In this document: positions 19,211-35,369 of the stretch, piece by piece | How positions within the stretch are numbered: position 1 is the stretch's first letter | How the letters are laid out: each line of letters begins with the position of its first letter | Assembly (NCBI RefSeq): GCF_009914755.1 | Contig: NC_060930.1 | DNA: 64,000 nucleotides | Source: the human T2T-CHM13v2.0 reference genome, Homo sapiens | Reading direction: 5' to 3' (one strand) | The notes under the pieces: generated by a model | What the model was told of the DNA's origin: nothing | Seen by the model: the letters and a program-made list of their open reading frames with translations, nothing else | Databases searched by the model: none | Program-made: the position numbers and the translations under genes

Positions 19211-19470
19211 TATTACTCTCCTAAGGCTGCTGTAACAAATTACCACAAACTGGGTAGCTTTAAAACAACAGAAATTAGAATATTCTTTTACAGTTCTGGA
19301 GACTAGAAGTCTGAAATCAAGGTGTTGGCCGGGTCATATTTCCTTGAAAGGCCCTAGGAAAGATGCTTCTCTCTGAGCTTCGCATGGTTGCTGGCAATTC
19401 TTGGTGTTCCTTGGCTTGTAGACATCACTCCAGTCTGCCTCCATCTTCACAAGGCATTCTCCTCTGCACT
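19211..19470 (-). mobile_element. MLT1 (MaLR) LTR fragment
   Basis: ggctgctgtaacaaattaccacaaactggg...aagtctgaaatcaaggtgttgg. Confidence 0.75.
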
Positions 19471-19923
19471 AGGGCTTGATTAAATAACTGGGTACTACAG
19501 CTAGTTAAGTTGACATATAGACTAACCATCATAATAAGAAATATAATGAATAAAAAATAAATCAACATACATAATAGTATATAAAATATGCCATATTTAC
19601 AAGATGGAAATAATGACAATTCATACTGTATTTGCACAAATTTTGGAAATGTCACTGGTTCTCAAGAAACCAATGAAAATAGTTTTTTTTAATATTTATG
19701 TACATTCATAACTAGTTAGATTAAGGACAGGGAAAGGAACAAGAATGTATTGTATACCTTTCCATATCATTTTTGATTTCTGAATCATGGAGTGTATTAC
19801 CTAGCCAAAATGTTTGATTTTTAAAAAAGAACATAAAATAGTAAGATACGTGGTGCTGATACAGAAAAAGAAGGATCATTAGAACAAGATACAAAGTCCA
19901 GAAGTGTACACGTACATACATGG

Positions 19924-19945
19924 ACACACACACACACACACACAC
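19924..19945. repeat. (AC)11 microsatellite
   Basis: Read directly. Confidence 0.9.
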
Positions 19946-21869
19946 CAAAAATGGCATTTTGGATGAGCTGGTTGAACTTTAGGTTAATTTTATGTTCTTT
20001 TGCTTATCTGTATTGTCTATTTCCTGTATCAGCTTGTTTCTTTTGCATGAATAGAAAAACAATTTAAAATGTCTTTAATACCACTTGGCAAGTTTGGCAG
20101 AGGCAAACAATTAAGGATCAAAGCCTTTTTAGAATAAAAAAATTCTCATTTTCCTAAAAATGTTTAAAAATTGATTGCCTCCCCTATTAAAGGAAACATT
20201 TTTTATCTTGAAGGATTTGCAGAGAGAGGAGAATGAAGAAGGGCCAGCAACTTAATTAAGTTTGTACAATTCAGATATTTATGAAACTCAAAATTAACAG
20301 GGAGAAATGAGCTTTAGGAAAACCATTTCCAAAGTGGAAGCTGTTTGACATGATCATTTCTTTGTTATTGTTGTTTGTATTCATGCTTTTTACACACTGA
20401 GTAATCTTGTGCACACACATTGCTACAAATTCCACATATGTATGATTAAGACAAAGATCAATATCTTTGGTGTAGATCTTTCTGTTTGCTAGGCGTGTCC
20501 ATATGGATATCCCACAACAAATTCATCATGTTTAAAACGGAGCTACTCATGAACTCCTACCTTCTAAATCTGTTTTTCTTATAGTTTCCATTTCAGTCAG
20601 TGTCCCTGTCATCTCCTCAGTTACTGGGGGCTTCTTCTCTCTTGCTCTCTCCCACATTCAGTTGATTACCAAGTGGTGTCAATTCTCTCTCATAAATAAC
20701 TCTATCATTCATCTATATAGTATATGCCCACTGACTTTTCCATTATTTCTTATCTGCAATTCCTAAACTGTTCAATCCATCTTCTACATTAGTATAGAAG
20801 TGCCTGTTTCAAAATGAAAATCTTATGTCATACTGCCATCTAAAAATCCTCTTATTATTTCTAGTAAATTGCATTATATAATAGGAGCTCCGTAAATGCT
20901 TAATAATGAATGAATTAATGTACAACTGCAAGATGGGCAGGAGTAGAATCGGGCATAGTTATTTTCATACTTATGAGCCATAAAACAATTGCTAGAAAAA
21001 ATGTCACCCAGATAAAGCCATTTGCTAGTCCTTGACCTCTGAAACAACTATCCATATCACATCAAACTACCGTAGGTGAAGGTCTCTTTTTCTTCATATG
21101 CTTCTTGATTTTATTTTACTAAATCAACCAAGGGCAATGGTTGCAATTTATATAAGATTTTGAAATCAATTATACCAATAAATAATAATCATGATAATCA
21201 TTATAAAATAGCATTTTTGCAGAGCTATAGATACAGTTGAGATGTATTTGCCAATGGTGATATAAAATTCAGAACTTTTTCAGCTTCAAATTCATATACA
21301 TTGAGCAACGCAAAGAAATACTCTCCCTAAAATAAAAATGACTAATTCTCCATCTCCTAATTGTTATTCAAAACACATTCTTTATAAGTATACCTAAACA
21401 CATTTTTGCAATACTAAAAGCATCTGGAGATATATAGCACTTACCTTGCTATTAATTTAAATGCAATCCTCAGCTGTATTTTTATGAATTAATAAAAATG
21501 TTATTTGGGCAATCTGGGTTTTGCAGTTAATCAAGAGAATTGTATCTTTACGAGAATATCCTAGCAACCTCTCAGCAGGTAAGAAAAAAACCCAGCTGAC
21601 CATGTACACTGATTTAATTAATGCTGCTGGACTCCATCAAACTTTGCAGTTAATCAAAAAGACACTTAAAAACAGAAACAGAAATTATGCTACAGCTGAA
21701 AATGAAAAATACTGGTGAAGGGTACTAAGAGAAAAATTTCATAACTAAATGAGAACTCCTTACTCTGTAGAATGTTTATCAATAAGCACAGTAACAAGAA
21801 AATTGATGAAGTTACGACTCCAGTGGGGGTGTCAAAACCAATATATTTATTACTCTAACTTTATAACTA

Positions 21870-21953
21870 GTATTACTCTAATACTTTATATAAAGTATTA
21901 CTCTAATACTTTATATAAAGTATTACTCTAATACTTTATATAAAGTATTACTC
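21870..21953. repeat. 25-bp-unit tandem repeat (~3.3 copies) built from a 22-bp palindrome
   Basis: TAATACTTTATATAAAGTATTA three times, with CTC spacers. Confidence 0.95.
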
Positions 21954-22532
21954 CATTACTTTATAACTCTGGGATTGCTAGTCCCAGAGCCAAAATTACA
22001 TTGGGATAATCAGTTTTAGGGATACATTCAAAACTTGCATTGCCACTACATTTTCACTGGCCTGTCAGACTGTCCATTTTCTAGTGGAGATGCATTTTAT
22101 GGCACCTGAACCTTGGAGAAATATGCTTCTCTCTTCTACATTTGGAAATAGACCTATTTTCATCCCCACCCCTCACCCACTCCGTCATCAGTATTAATAT
22201 TTTATATGGCCTGATACTTGGCACCATATAAACAGATTACACAGAAACAGGTCTGTTCTATACGAAGTGGGTTTTGTTTTTCTAAGACAAAAAAAATTAA
22301 AAAGCCAAAGAAAGACATATGAAGACTTTATATAGCAAACAAAATTCAAATGTGATCGACTGTGTTAGTAAATAAACACTTCTTCTAGATGTATGTAGAA
22401 ATTCTTGTTTATATACCTTTGTCTTCACATACACTGAGGAGTGGCTACGTGAGAAGCGGGAATACTTAATTCTGTCTCATTTTTCTTTTTTTTAAATATT
22501 CCCTGTATATTGGCTAATTTAGATAATTTTAC

Positions 22533-22942
22533 TTTTTTTCCTTTTTTATTATACTTTAAGTTCTAGGGTACATGTGCACAACGTGCAGGTTTGTTACTTA
22601 TGTATACATGTGCCACGTTGGTGTGCTGCACCCATTAACTCGTCATTTATACTAGGTATATCTCCAAATGCTATCCCTCTCCCCTCCCCCCACCCCACAA
22701 TAGGCCCTGGTGTGTGATGTTCCCCTTCCTGTGTCCAAGTGTTCTCATTGTTCAACTCCCACCTGTGAGTGAGAACATGTGGTGTTTGGTTTTTTGTCCT
22801 TGCGATAGTTTGCTGAGAATGATGGTTTCCAGCTTCATCCATGTCCCTACAAAGGACATGAACTCATCCTTTTTTATGGCTGCATAGTATTCCATGGTGT
22901 ATATGTGCCACATTTTCTTAATCCAGTCTATCACTGATGGAC
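22533..22942 (-). mobile_element. 5'-truncated L1PA 3' end
   Basis: ORF2 C-terminus [20 protein letters not shown] plus 3' UTR and T-rich tail. Confidence 0.92.
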
Positions 22943-23529
22943 TAATTTTAGTATTTTTTAAAGCTCAAGCATAGAAACCACTTGACTGGACCATCAAGTA
23001 CATACACACACACTCCCACATACTTTTCTCAAACTTTCAAAAACCTGAACATTTAAGAAACTTGTTGCATTAAAAAATGAATGTTCACAAAGAATATCAA
23101 ATTTAAATCACATTGATTTGTTCTTCTTGAGGGAATGCTATAAGAATGATGTTTTGAAGTTTTTCTGAAAGTTTGGGAATCATAGGTTATAATGGAGGAA
23201 TGCTATATGAACTACTCAATCTTTTTGGTGTTCATTGTTCCAATAGAATTCCTCTTTCGTGACTAGTTCAAATTTTCTGACATGTTAACCATGCAGAACC
23301 GACAGTTACAGATCACAACTGGTTCAGTCACAAAATAAAAAAGACAGTGGCTTCTTTCTAGTCCAGACAGTGTGCAGTGTGAGGAGGCAAAGATGAGTCC
23401 ATATACTGCACCTGCTCATTGTGATCACAAGCCCTAAGTGCTAGATTTAAATATAGAAAAACCTTCCAGGGTAGCCATTTCTGTACATAAAGGAACACCT
23501 ACTCACCCCAACGAGTAGTACTTTAGAAT

Positions 23530-24035
<506 letters not shown>

Positions 24036-26075
24036 TAACGTATAACGTAAATTTATTTAAATGATGCTGAATATGTTCTTCAAGAGGAAAACGTTAGTTA
24101 CTGTACAGGGAAATGCCACAATTTTCTGCCTAGGATGAAAGAGTGCATGATATTCATTATAAAACTAGACTTCAGAAATATGGGCCCCATTTTTCTATAT
24201 TCTAGACCCCGGTCATAATGTGTAAAGCATTAACACTAACAGATTTTCCTGGCCTATATTCTTTGGTTGTATTGATCCTATTTCTCTACTGAAAATTATT
24301 TTAGATAAAGACTATGAAGGTTTGTCCTGATTACTTGGAGCTCCTCTGTAAGTACTTAGAAGAGTAAATATTACAGGTATCACAGAGATTAGAAGCAAAT
24401 ATTGAGGCTAAATTTAAGACTCTGGGGGAAGTTCTTATAGAAGAACAAAACAAAGCCTTAAATAAACCTTTTTTTCTAGGTGTACTTAGTTTTCAGTAGC
24501 TGTGATTGCCTATATAAAAAACTCTTGGGTTCTTTGTATCAGGGTTAAAAAAAAAATCTGACATCTATAATGTCCTGTTACAGACTACACAAAAAGTATG
24601 CATAACCAGGATCAATATCAACTGGGACCAGAAATTTGAAATTTGGTATTCAGGTCAGTTAAAGAGAGAAGAAAGACAGTCACCATTGGCCATGGTAGTT
24701 AAGGAATCCCCGTAGTTCTACTGGCAGGGAGACCATCCTGAATTCTAATGCTCTGCTTTCAGAACACAGTCTGGGTTCCTGATTTGTATCTGTTACCCTT
24801 CATGGAAATGGCTGGTGAAGCAAAACTATGTGTGTAAAACTGCATCTGCCACAGGCTGCTTGTCCACAAAAGCAGCAAAGCATCTCTATGGAATACCTCC
24901 GTATGGATCTGTAAAGAAGAGTCCCACTTCAGTCAAAGACAGTAGATTATGAGGTAAGATAACACGTGTAGTTTTTAAGATTCCATACTGACAAGCTTCT
25001 GTTGTTTTAAAAAAAAGTTTTGGGTGTTGATACAGAAATTAATGCTAAATAGATAATGATCTCCCTCTAATGACATGCTTCATCATGTTACTTATTCTCT
25101 TCTCTCAAAAATACACGATGTCATTTAATCTTCACAATAATCTTGTAAGATAGGATCAGCTCTATTTCACTTCTGGAAGATGTTAAGAAAAGTTAATTAT
25201 TTGACAAAAGTTGTAATTAGCAATTGGCAAACACTCCAACCCAACTTCTGACTCCAAAGTCAGTGTTTTTACTATTCTACTCTGGCTGCTGAGTTCTAAT
25301 TTTTATTTTGTCTTAGATGAGGTAGATAGAATATAATCACTTATATATGGATATGTATCTCAAAAATGTAGCATTTAGTATGGAAAATACATATTTGGGT
25401 CTCTAAGTCTTTCTATGAATTCTAAAATGTAGATGTCATATCCATCTTACCTACTGTAGCTGATAAATCGTTCACCCTTTAATAATCAATGAACTTCACA
25501 GTGCAACCCCATCATATCTTATTAGAGAAATGCCTCGTTCCTGGGAATAAGGAGTGCTGAACAAGTAACCAACTTTTAATGTTTATTCCCTATTATTTTT
25601 ATTCCATATTATTTTTTGATTAAAATTTTTAATAAAAAAAGAATATTTTTTGTATGTCAAAAATTCCTTCATCAGGGGAAACATGCCTCCTCCATTCCAC
25701 AAAAATCCTGTTCATTCCATGAAGTAGGTAAGAGTAGGGATCCATCCTTTCCCTGCACAAGACCACCAACCTTAATGCTGAGCACACAGCATTCCTTGGG
25801 CCAATCAGACTTCTGCCAGACTAGACTTTCTTTTTGCAGGGGGTGGGAGAAGGGGCATGCCAGATGAAGGAATGATGTGGGTTCAAGGCTACCAACTGTA
25901 ACAACTGCAATATTATCAAATGTAAAGTTTCTCTGAAAATGAGACCCAGCAGTGGACAAAGTAAGTACTATTATTCGAACCTCCAGATCCAACCACACAT
26001 TATTAAGCTTTCTGGTTTTGAGACAAAAGTAATTTCCTTATTTTGCTTAAGCTTGTTTGATTTGGGTTTCTGTTA

Positions 26076-26392
<317 letters not shown>

Positions 26393-26659
26393 GTACTAAA
26401 ACAAAACTCTTTCTAAAATATTTCTTTAGATTTCTCATATTGAGGCTACTGAATGTAATCTACTACCTGTGTAATCTCATGGGTAACCTATAACATATAT
26501 CACAATCTATTAGCTGTAACTGAAAATGGGAATAACAGTACTTATTTGGAAAAACTTTGTGAGGAATAAAGCACATAAAAATGCCAACTGCCATGTCTGG
26601 CATTCAGCAAAAATAATTGCTCTCCACAATTATTGTCTTTCCAAAACAACAATAGCAGC

Positions 26660-26850
26660 TAACGTCCGAGTGCTTCTGGTTCTAAGCAGTTTTTCTTGTA
26701 TTAATTTCGAGTTAATTAGGTTAGATTACTGTGAGGTAGGCACTCTAATTAGCCCTGTTTTATAAAGAAGAAAACAAAGGTGCAGAGAGGTGTTGTCACT
26801 TATCCAAGGATACACACAGACATTAAGGGACAGCTGAGGTATGAATTACC
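26660..26850 (-). mobile_element. MIR fragment
   Basis: ctgtgaggtagg...ccctgttttataaagaagaaaac...cacttatccaagg resembles the MIR core. Confidence 0.55.
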
Positions 26851-27048
26851 TATCACATTATGCAACCCAAAAGTTCCGTGGGTTTGAAAGTTTCTGGATT
26901 TTGTTCTCTCTTTGCTGTGAAGCTGTTAACTCCCCTCTCCTTCTTATGTCACTGAACCCGTCTTTAGAAAATCCTTTCAAAGTTTAGTTTTTTTACTCTT
27001 CTGTGGGTTAGGAAACAAACTCATCATTCTTACTGCAAATTTATTGAT

Positions 27049-27215
27049 TTATTATTACTTTTAAGTTCCAGGATACATGTGAAGAATGTGAAGATTTGTT
27101 ACATAGGTATATGTGTGTTATGGTGGTTTGCTGCACCCACCTACTGACTTATCTTCTAAGCTCCTTCTCCTCATCCCCGACCCCTCAACAGGCCCGTGTG
27201 TGTTGTTCCCCTCCC
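27049..27215 (-). mobile_element. Short older L1PA 3' end
   Basis: ttttaagttccaggatacatgtg...gctgcaccc; flanked by caaattta on both sides. Confidence 0.8.
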
Positions 27216-27750
27216 AAATTTAATACTGAATAAAGTAAGGAGAGTTCTAAGTGCAGATAAAAAAGACATAATGTATTTAGTACAGAGGTTTTAAGATAAT
27301 TTGGAGGTTTAAAAGCTTTTTCTGCTTATGTCTTGTGCAAAGTATAGCATTAATGTATTACACATTCATACCTGTATTCTATTTGTTCATTCTTTTTTCC
27401 CTACAAGAAACTCATAGTTAGCCATGGTAATAGCAGCTAATGTTTACCGAGTGCTTATAATGTGCCAGGCACCTGCCAAGCATAAACCTAAGTATTTCAT
27501 TTACTCATAACCACCATAAGAAGTACTATTAAAGACCAATAACAGCTGAGCAAGCTGTGGTCCAAGGACACACAGGGAACAGTGGGAGGGCAGGGATGGA
27601 ACCTCATGCAGTCTGGCTCACTGTGCTCTTCATCCACTTTGTGAAGACAGGGGCCTGTCTGGTTTACTCTCCACGCTCTCCTGCCATCTAACACAGTCTA
27701 GGGCATCCAGAAAGTACTAGTGGTTAATTTTTTAAAATTCTCCTGAATAG

Positions 27751-27906
27751 ACTCGCTTGAACCTGGGAGGCAGAGGTTGCAGTGAGCCAAGATTGCGCCA
27801 CTGCACTCCAGCCTGGGCGACGGAGTGAGACTGTCTCAAAAACAAAAAAACAAACAAAAAAAAAAAAACAACACCCAAAAAACAAAAGAAACAAACAAAC
27901 AAAAAA
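27751..27906 (+). mobile_element. 5'-truncated Alu right arm with long A/C tail
   Basis: tcgcttgaacctgggaggcagagg...; TSD ctcct(g/a)aata. Confidence 0.9.
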
Positions 27907-28499
27907 CTCCTAAATAAAAGGAGAGCAATTTCAAGTGATATAAAAGGAGACTTTAACATAAGAAAGTTTTGTGTAGAAGGGGAAAAACTTTTTAAGGCAG
28001 ATTCGTTGCAATTTATGGTAACTTCTTTAATCCTAAAAAAATCCGTATTATCCCATAATACAAATTTCCCTTCCCCTTTTCATCAGGCAGATTTACATGC
28101 TCTATCCAACTAACAACTAGTCGGGGATACCAGAAGCCGAGTATCTCAGAAAATGAGGTGGAAGAGGATAATCAGAAAAATGGCAAGTCAGCCATGGAAT
28201 AAATTTGTGTTTATTTCACAATTCAATTTAATCCTCTTTACCCTCATCTTTTTTTAAAAAAAAAATTATGAGCAATATGTGCCATTACGATAGCCATTAA
28301 GGGTGAAAGGATTAATTAAAACTATAATTATCTGATAAGACTAGCGTACTGTCTAACCTGATTTAGAGAAAATTCATCTACTTCAACTAAAAATACTCAA
28401 CATAAAAAAAGGTATAATGAAACAAAAATTAACCCTGCAGGGCCTGTTTCTATTACATATTTTCTAAGTAGCCTCAGGTATCACTTAAATAAAGAGTCA

Positions 28500-30515
28500 T
28501 AGTGCATTTTTAATTTTTATTAGTAACAGTTCTGAGTACAAATAAATTTAATGACATTTAGAAAAAAAAACAATTTACCCTGTAAGGTTTGTTCATAAGG
28601 AAAACCCTGTTTTGTACATTTTAATCTCCAATTTTAATGCTTAATATCATAATGCCTTTAAATCTGTAACTTAACTTTAGGTTTAATTTTAATAATTCTG
28701 TCTTGTTGCATCTTGTTAAAGAGATTATCAGGTAGAAAAAAAGCAAAAAACTAATTTAAATGACGTGAATAAAAAACTTAACTAAAAAGTTTTAAAAGCC
28801 TTTAAAACAACCTGAAAATTAGAATACTTTTGGCAGAAAAATTAGCAGCTAGGAACAAAATTAACATTACATAATATTTTACCAATAACTGCATTACAAA
28901 TAATATTGTTTTACATATATTAGAATGATTTGCAACATATTATAGTAAATGGTTATACATATCAGACATACAAATCTATTAAGAAAACTTTTTAATATAG
29001 TTTAGCACTTTTGAGAGATTCTGTTCCCAATAAATGAAAGGAACACAATTTAGAAGATGACAGGTGGTACATCTTTTAATTGGAGACCTAACCAGGTAAG
29101 TCTTGACAAATAGTCATGCAATGAAATTCAATAATATGCATTTATAAGAACTCAGAATAACACAGTAACTCCTTCCCCTCATCAGTATATATGACTGGCG
29201 TCAGAAATCATACTACGAGCAAATGCTAGTAAATTCTTGAAAAAAACAGCTCACTTTAGAATAAGTGCCAATCTAAATTTTTTATTCTTCCCAACACACT
29301 ATTTCCACCACTCTTCATTTTAACAATGTTTTCTCCTTGGGCTGGTGGTATATTACTGCTTTTTAAAGACCAATCATACCCAGCATGATCCAAGGTCATC
29401 AACTTCTCTATAAGCTGAAGTGAATTACAAACAGCCAAAAGACCAATGCATTTAAACAGAAAACTATCCACTCTAGTCAACAAGGCAGAAGTCCTATGTC
29501 TGAAACACTTCTATTCAAAGTTGCTTTAAAACTAATCCTGTAAGTCCAATAGTATTACACTATTGTTGTCTCCTTGGTTTGAGGACAAGTTCAAATCTTA
29601 AAAGCATTAACATTGCCAAATTATATTACTCTGGACATAATTGAACTGAAGATCTTTCTATAATATATTGGGATAAAGTTTTTCTATTCTTTGCAGTTGG
29701 TATGTATTTCCACTATTCCTTGCATTTGGCATGAAATCTTACACCCAGTCACTGAGATACAAAGAGTGTAGGAGAACAAGGAGAGGAATTACACTGTAGC
29801 CAAGCTTCTGCGGGCTATGACAGAGAGCAACTAACTGTCCTTGCAAACAGAGAAATGTCTTCCGAACTCAACATAATATTCTAACAGAATTGTAGGTAAG
29901 TGATTTCAGTAAATACTGAAATTGGGAAATGAGTAGTGTTTAGCTGTGGGTACTTTCAGAGGAATGGGAAATCCCAATGTTGTGACTGCTATCACTCAAG
30001 AGTAGCTTAGGACTGCCACGTAAGATAGGGACCCCTGGCCCTATCCATAAAGGGAAGGGCTCCTAAGAAGCACTGGTTCTCCACCATCCGGAGCTACACT
30101 TCCCAACACAGACTTTCACCCTTAATTTTCATTCAACAATTAGTGGGAAGACTGTATTTAGCACAGTGAGAATATGATTAAAAATAAATACATAAATAGG
30201 AATAAAAGTAGAAAAGGAATACCACCTCCAGTGCAGTTAAACTTGCCATAGCACTGGATGAAGAGTTAAAATCTATTTCATTTTTCAAGACATATTTTTA
30301 TTTTTGGTTTCATTCAAAAAAGCCTCCTTCATTCTTGGCAAACTATCTATGTGGTGTATGTATGATCTACTTCTTTTTAACTGCATTGTATTTAGCTATT
30401 AAAAATCATTCCTTAATAAGGACATTTTAGCATTAAAAAGTCTAAATGTTTATAATAAATACTGTATTAAAATATTTCAATATTTACAATTAGAAAAAAT
30501 GTATACTCTAGTCAG
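28500..30515 (-). other. LCA5: LCA5 3' UTR (~2 kb; end approximate)
   Basis: Repeat-poor, AT-rich sequence after the stop codon, ending near an AATAAA at 28521-28516. Confidence 0.7.
28516..28521 (-). terminator. Likely distal poly(A) signal AATAAA of LCA5
   Basis: tttatt on the plus strand about 2 kb past the stop. Other candidate hexamers lie at 30297-30302, 29281-29286 and 28210-28215. Confidence 0.6.
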
Positions 30516-31388
<873 letters not shown>

Positions 31389-31714
31389 TCAAATTTTTTA
31401 AATGGGATTTTGTAACAGTCAATATTTTTAAATAGGAAAACTATCAACTTTCATAAAACCACCATATTTAATTTGGGTATTATAAATCAAGTGAGAAAAG
31501 ACATCATAAATTTCATTTCTATACTTGATATTCTGGGATTAGAGAATAATATATTTAATACGTATTGCATTTAAGATTCTCATTTATAAAAAAATTTGTT
31601 CTTTGAGATACTGGTGGGGAAGAAAGGTTCTTTGCCTATTTTTTATAACTAATATAATGCTGTATGGTGGGGATGGATGGATGGATAGATGGAGCAAAGA
31701 CTCTACACTTAAAA

Positions 31715-32280
31715 ATAAATGAAACCTTTCAATGTCATATCCTGAGATAGACTTATGTGGTATTCTGACAGAAGATGCATTAACTTGAATCTAATTAAGA
31801 GAAAACTTCAGACAAACCCAAAATGAAGAACATTCTATTTTTAAAAATGGGTCTATATTCATCAAAAATGTTAATCTCTCACACACATTCTCTTTTTCCT
31901 TCCCTCTCTCTCTCTCTATATATATATGTAACAAAAATCTCTAGATTAAAGAAGACTGAAGAGATATGAAAACTAAATGCAATTCATGATCTTGTACCAG
32001 AGGGAAGAAAATTCTATCAAGAACAATATTGTATCAACTGACAAAATCATAATATGAATGACAGATCAGATAAATGTGTTGTGTCAAAGTTAAATTTCCT
32101 GAAGTTGAAAACTACATTAGAATACAGTCTAAGAGAATGTCCTAGTTTGGGGAAATATACATACAACTATTTAAAGGTATGGGCATGACACAACTCACTC
32201 ACAAATAGTTCTTTAGCTATTCTTGCCACTTTAACTTTGAAACTACTTCCAAATGAAAAAATTAAAAATTTTAAAATATG
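31715..32280 (+). mobile_element. Old L1MC/ME 3' fragment with (TC)n(TA)n tract
   Basis: cagacaaacccaaaatgaagaacattcta...actaaatgcaattcatgatc. Confidence 0.55.
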
Positions 32281-32536
32281 TAAGAACACCACAAGTATAG
32301 TAACTTTAGTAAGTGGCATCTGAATTCTACTTCATCAGAATTTTCTGAATGCAACTTGTCCTTATTCCCTAACCCTAAATAGCAAATGACTTAGAGTGTT
32401 CAATTTTTTTCTTTCCTTAATAACATTATTCAAATGTGTATGGCTCCTGATAAGCCATCCCCTACCACTGTATCCACCTTTCTTTGTTCTACCTAAGCAA
32501 TTCACAGTTAAGCTGGAAGATATTAGAAGACGCTCA

Positions 32537-32728
<192 letters not shown>

Positions 32729-33304
32729 CTATTATACGTTAAAAAAAATGCAAGTTCACAAATTATAGAAAAGGGGGGGAACTAAGCAACACAGATTTAT
32801 CCATTAAACATGATTACCAACTAAGTTAAAAATTAATACAAATTTTCAATTAATGAATCAGTAAATCACAAGTTATCACTCCTTGAAAAATTCTTCAAAA
32901 CCGCACAGGATTATTTCCGTTAAAATTGTAAAGAAGCATTCATAAGATGTACTAGAACCAGTATAACTGAAGTAAAGCCAAAACGGTACATAAAACCCTG
33001 AAGAGACAAGTTTTAGAAGTATCCTTGCTTTGTGCATTTTCACCAAAAATCTGATTAATTCAGTTAAGCAGAAATGACTATTCGCCAACTATGTGCATCA
33101 AGTGAGATGCTGTTGAACTATAACATGAGCAGTGACAATATTATGTCCAACCCCCAATTAATATATTTTATAATATTCAAATCAAATAAAAATGTTACAA
33201 ACTTAAAATTCCTTGTTTCCTATGGTAACGTTCAAATATATGGGTGTGTGATTTTTCTTAATAAAAGTGAAATATCTATTATTAGTAAAGACTTGTCTAG
33301 TATC

Positions 33305-33725
33305 CATTTTCATCTTCTCCCTTTTAGTAATGGAATCCTTTGAGTTTTAGCAGGACAGAGAGCTGCTTAGCTGGAGACTACATTTGCTACCCTCCCTTGC
33401 AGCTAGAAAGAACTAATGGAAGGTGAGTGGAAGTACATGTGCAACTTCAGATCACATTTATAAAACCAAATGCTGCTTCCCCTCCATTTCCTTGTTGCCC
33501 TTTCCCACAGGGGTGGAAAGCCAGTTCCAACCATACACAAGAGGGCTACACTCTTTAAAATGGAATATCAACAAGACAGGGGGTGACTACCATGAAACAA
33601 AGCTGTCTACCAACTGTGAACTACCAACTGACTTCAGTCTATTACAAGAGAGAGAAATTTTTATCTCACTTGAGCCACTCTATTAAGTCTTTTTCCAATA
33701 GCAACTTAGCTTGTACTCTAAGCTA
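33305..33725. mobile_element. MLT1 (MaLR) LTR
   Basis: gactacatttgctaccctcccttgcagctag...cacttgagccact. Confidence 0.6.
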
Positions 33726-34791
33726 CCATTTGGTGAGGCCCTTTACAGTGGCAGGCTCAGTCTAAAGAGCTTTATAAATGTCATGATTATTTCCAATTTC
33801 ATCTGACTAAAAAAGAAAAAGAAAAAAAAATTTCATGATTACTCATTGTCACAACCCTGAAAAGTAATCCACCCTCATTTTATACATGAGAAAGCTGAGG
33901 CTCCAAGAAGTCACACAACTAAAATGTTAGAATTTAACTAAAATGAGAGCTAACTCCAAGGCTATATACTCTTATACTCTTTTCACTATACCAGGTTTCT
34001 ATTCCTTCTGTTGAATGTATACTGTAAAAAGACCTATATTTTAGTCCTTTTAAAGTTAACAATTACTTTGTTATTCCTCACTTTGTGATTTCAAAAAGAC
34101 AAATCAACATGATCTAGTCTCAATGACAGCACAAATACAGAAACACAACTTAGCGGATACAACTAACTTGTCTGAATTATCAAACAAAAATAAATAAACA
34201 AATAAAAAACTAGAATATACACAGAAATCAAATCAGTTCATCCTTTCTGTTTTATACCTCAAGAAGAGACCTCAGGGTCACTGGGAAACTTATAAGGTAT
34301 AAAAATATACCATTGTATGAAATATGCTAGGTTGCCGATACGTTGTTTTCTTTGGGGTTTAAGTTGTAAACACTAAAGATAAAACTCTCTTAGAGAAAGA
34401 GACTTTCCAGTGATTCAGAATGAAGGTCCTTTTAAATGAAAGTCCAACAGAGACCCCTTGAATTCCACTCTAATTTGAACAGGATAAGGTCAGATTCCAC
34501 TGCAATTACCTTGTTCATTATTCAGTCAGTTAACATGTAAAATTCTCCTATATAGAGGACCAAAAAAAAAAAATTAAACCTAGTCAAATTCTAACAAATC
34601 ATTTGAAAACTACTATTACTTGCTACTAAAGATAAAAGTACTGAGGGTTTTCCAAGACTATGTCGGTACATAAGAGAAACTTAGAAGGCAAATTCTTCTC
34701 TTCTGCCCCCAACCCAGGAAGCACAATCCATCATTCTGAAGCACCTGAAATAGGTGATGTAAACTAAAACACTCAAGCCAAAGGAATTTTA

Positions 34792-34925
34792 AATTTTATT
34801 ATTATTATACTTTAAGTTTTAGGGTACATGTGCACAACGTGCAGGTTTGTTACATATGTATACATGTGCCATGCTGGTGTGCTGCACCCATTAACTCGTC
34901 ATTTAGCATTAGGTATATCTCCTAA
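34792..34925 (-). mobile_element. ~130-bp L1PA 3' end
   Basis: L1 3' terminus with 17-bp TSD aagccaaaggaatttta at 34775-34791 and 34926-34942. Confidence 0.95.
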
Positions 34926-35027
34926 AAGCCAAAGGAATTTTACAAAATACACGATACCTCTTTCCCTTCAAAAAGGCTAGTCGCATATTCATATAGATAT
35001 AGTACTAGCTTCATTACTGAAATTTTA

Positions 35028-35369
<342 letters not shown>

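Noticed and set aside
21000-21800. Possible hAT transposase remnant (AENEKYW)
   Set aside because: The resemblance is too weak to support without an HMM search.
21879-21950. CRISPR-like palindromic repeat array
   Set aside because: The spacers are an invariant 3 nt, there are no cas genes and the context is eukaryotic. It is a minisatellite.
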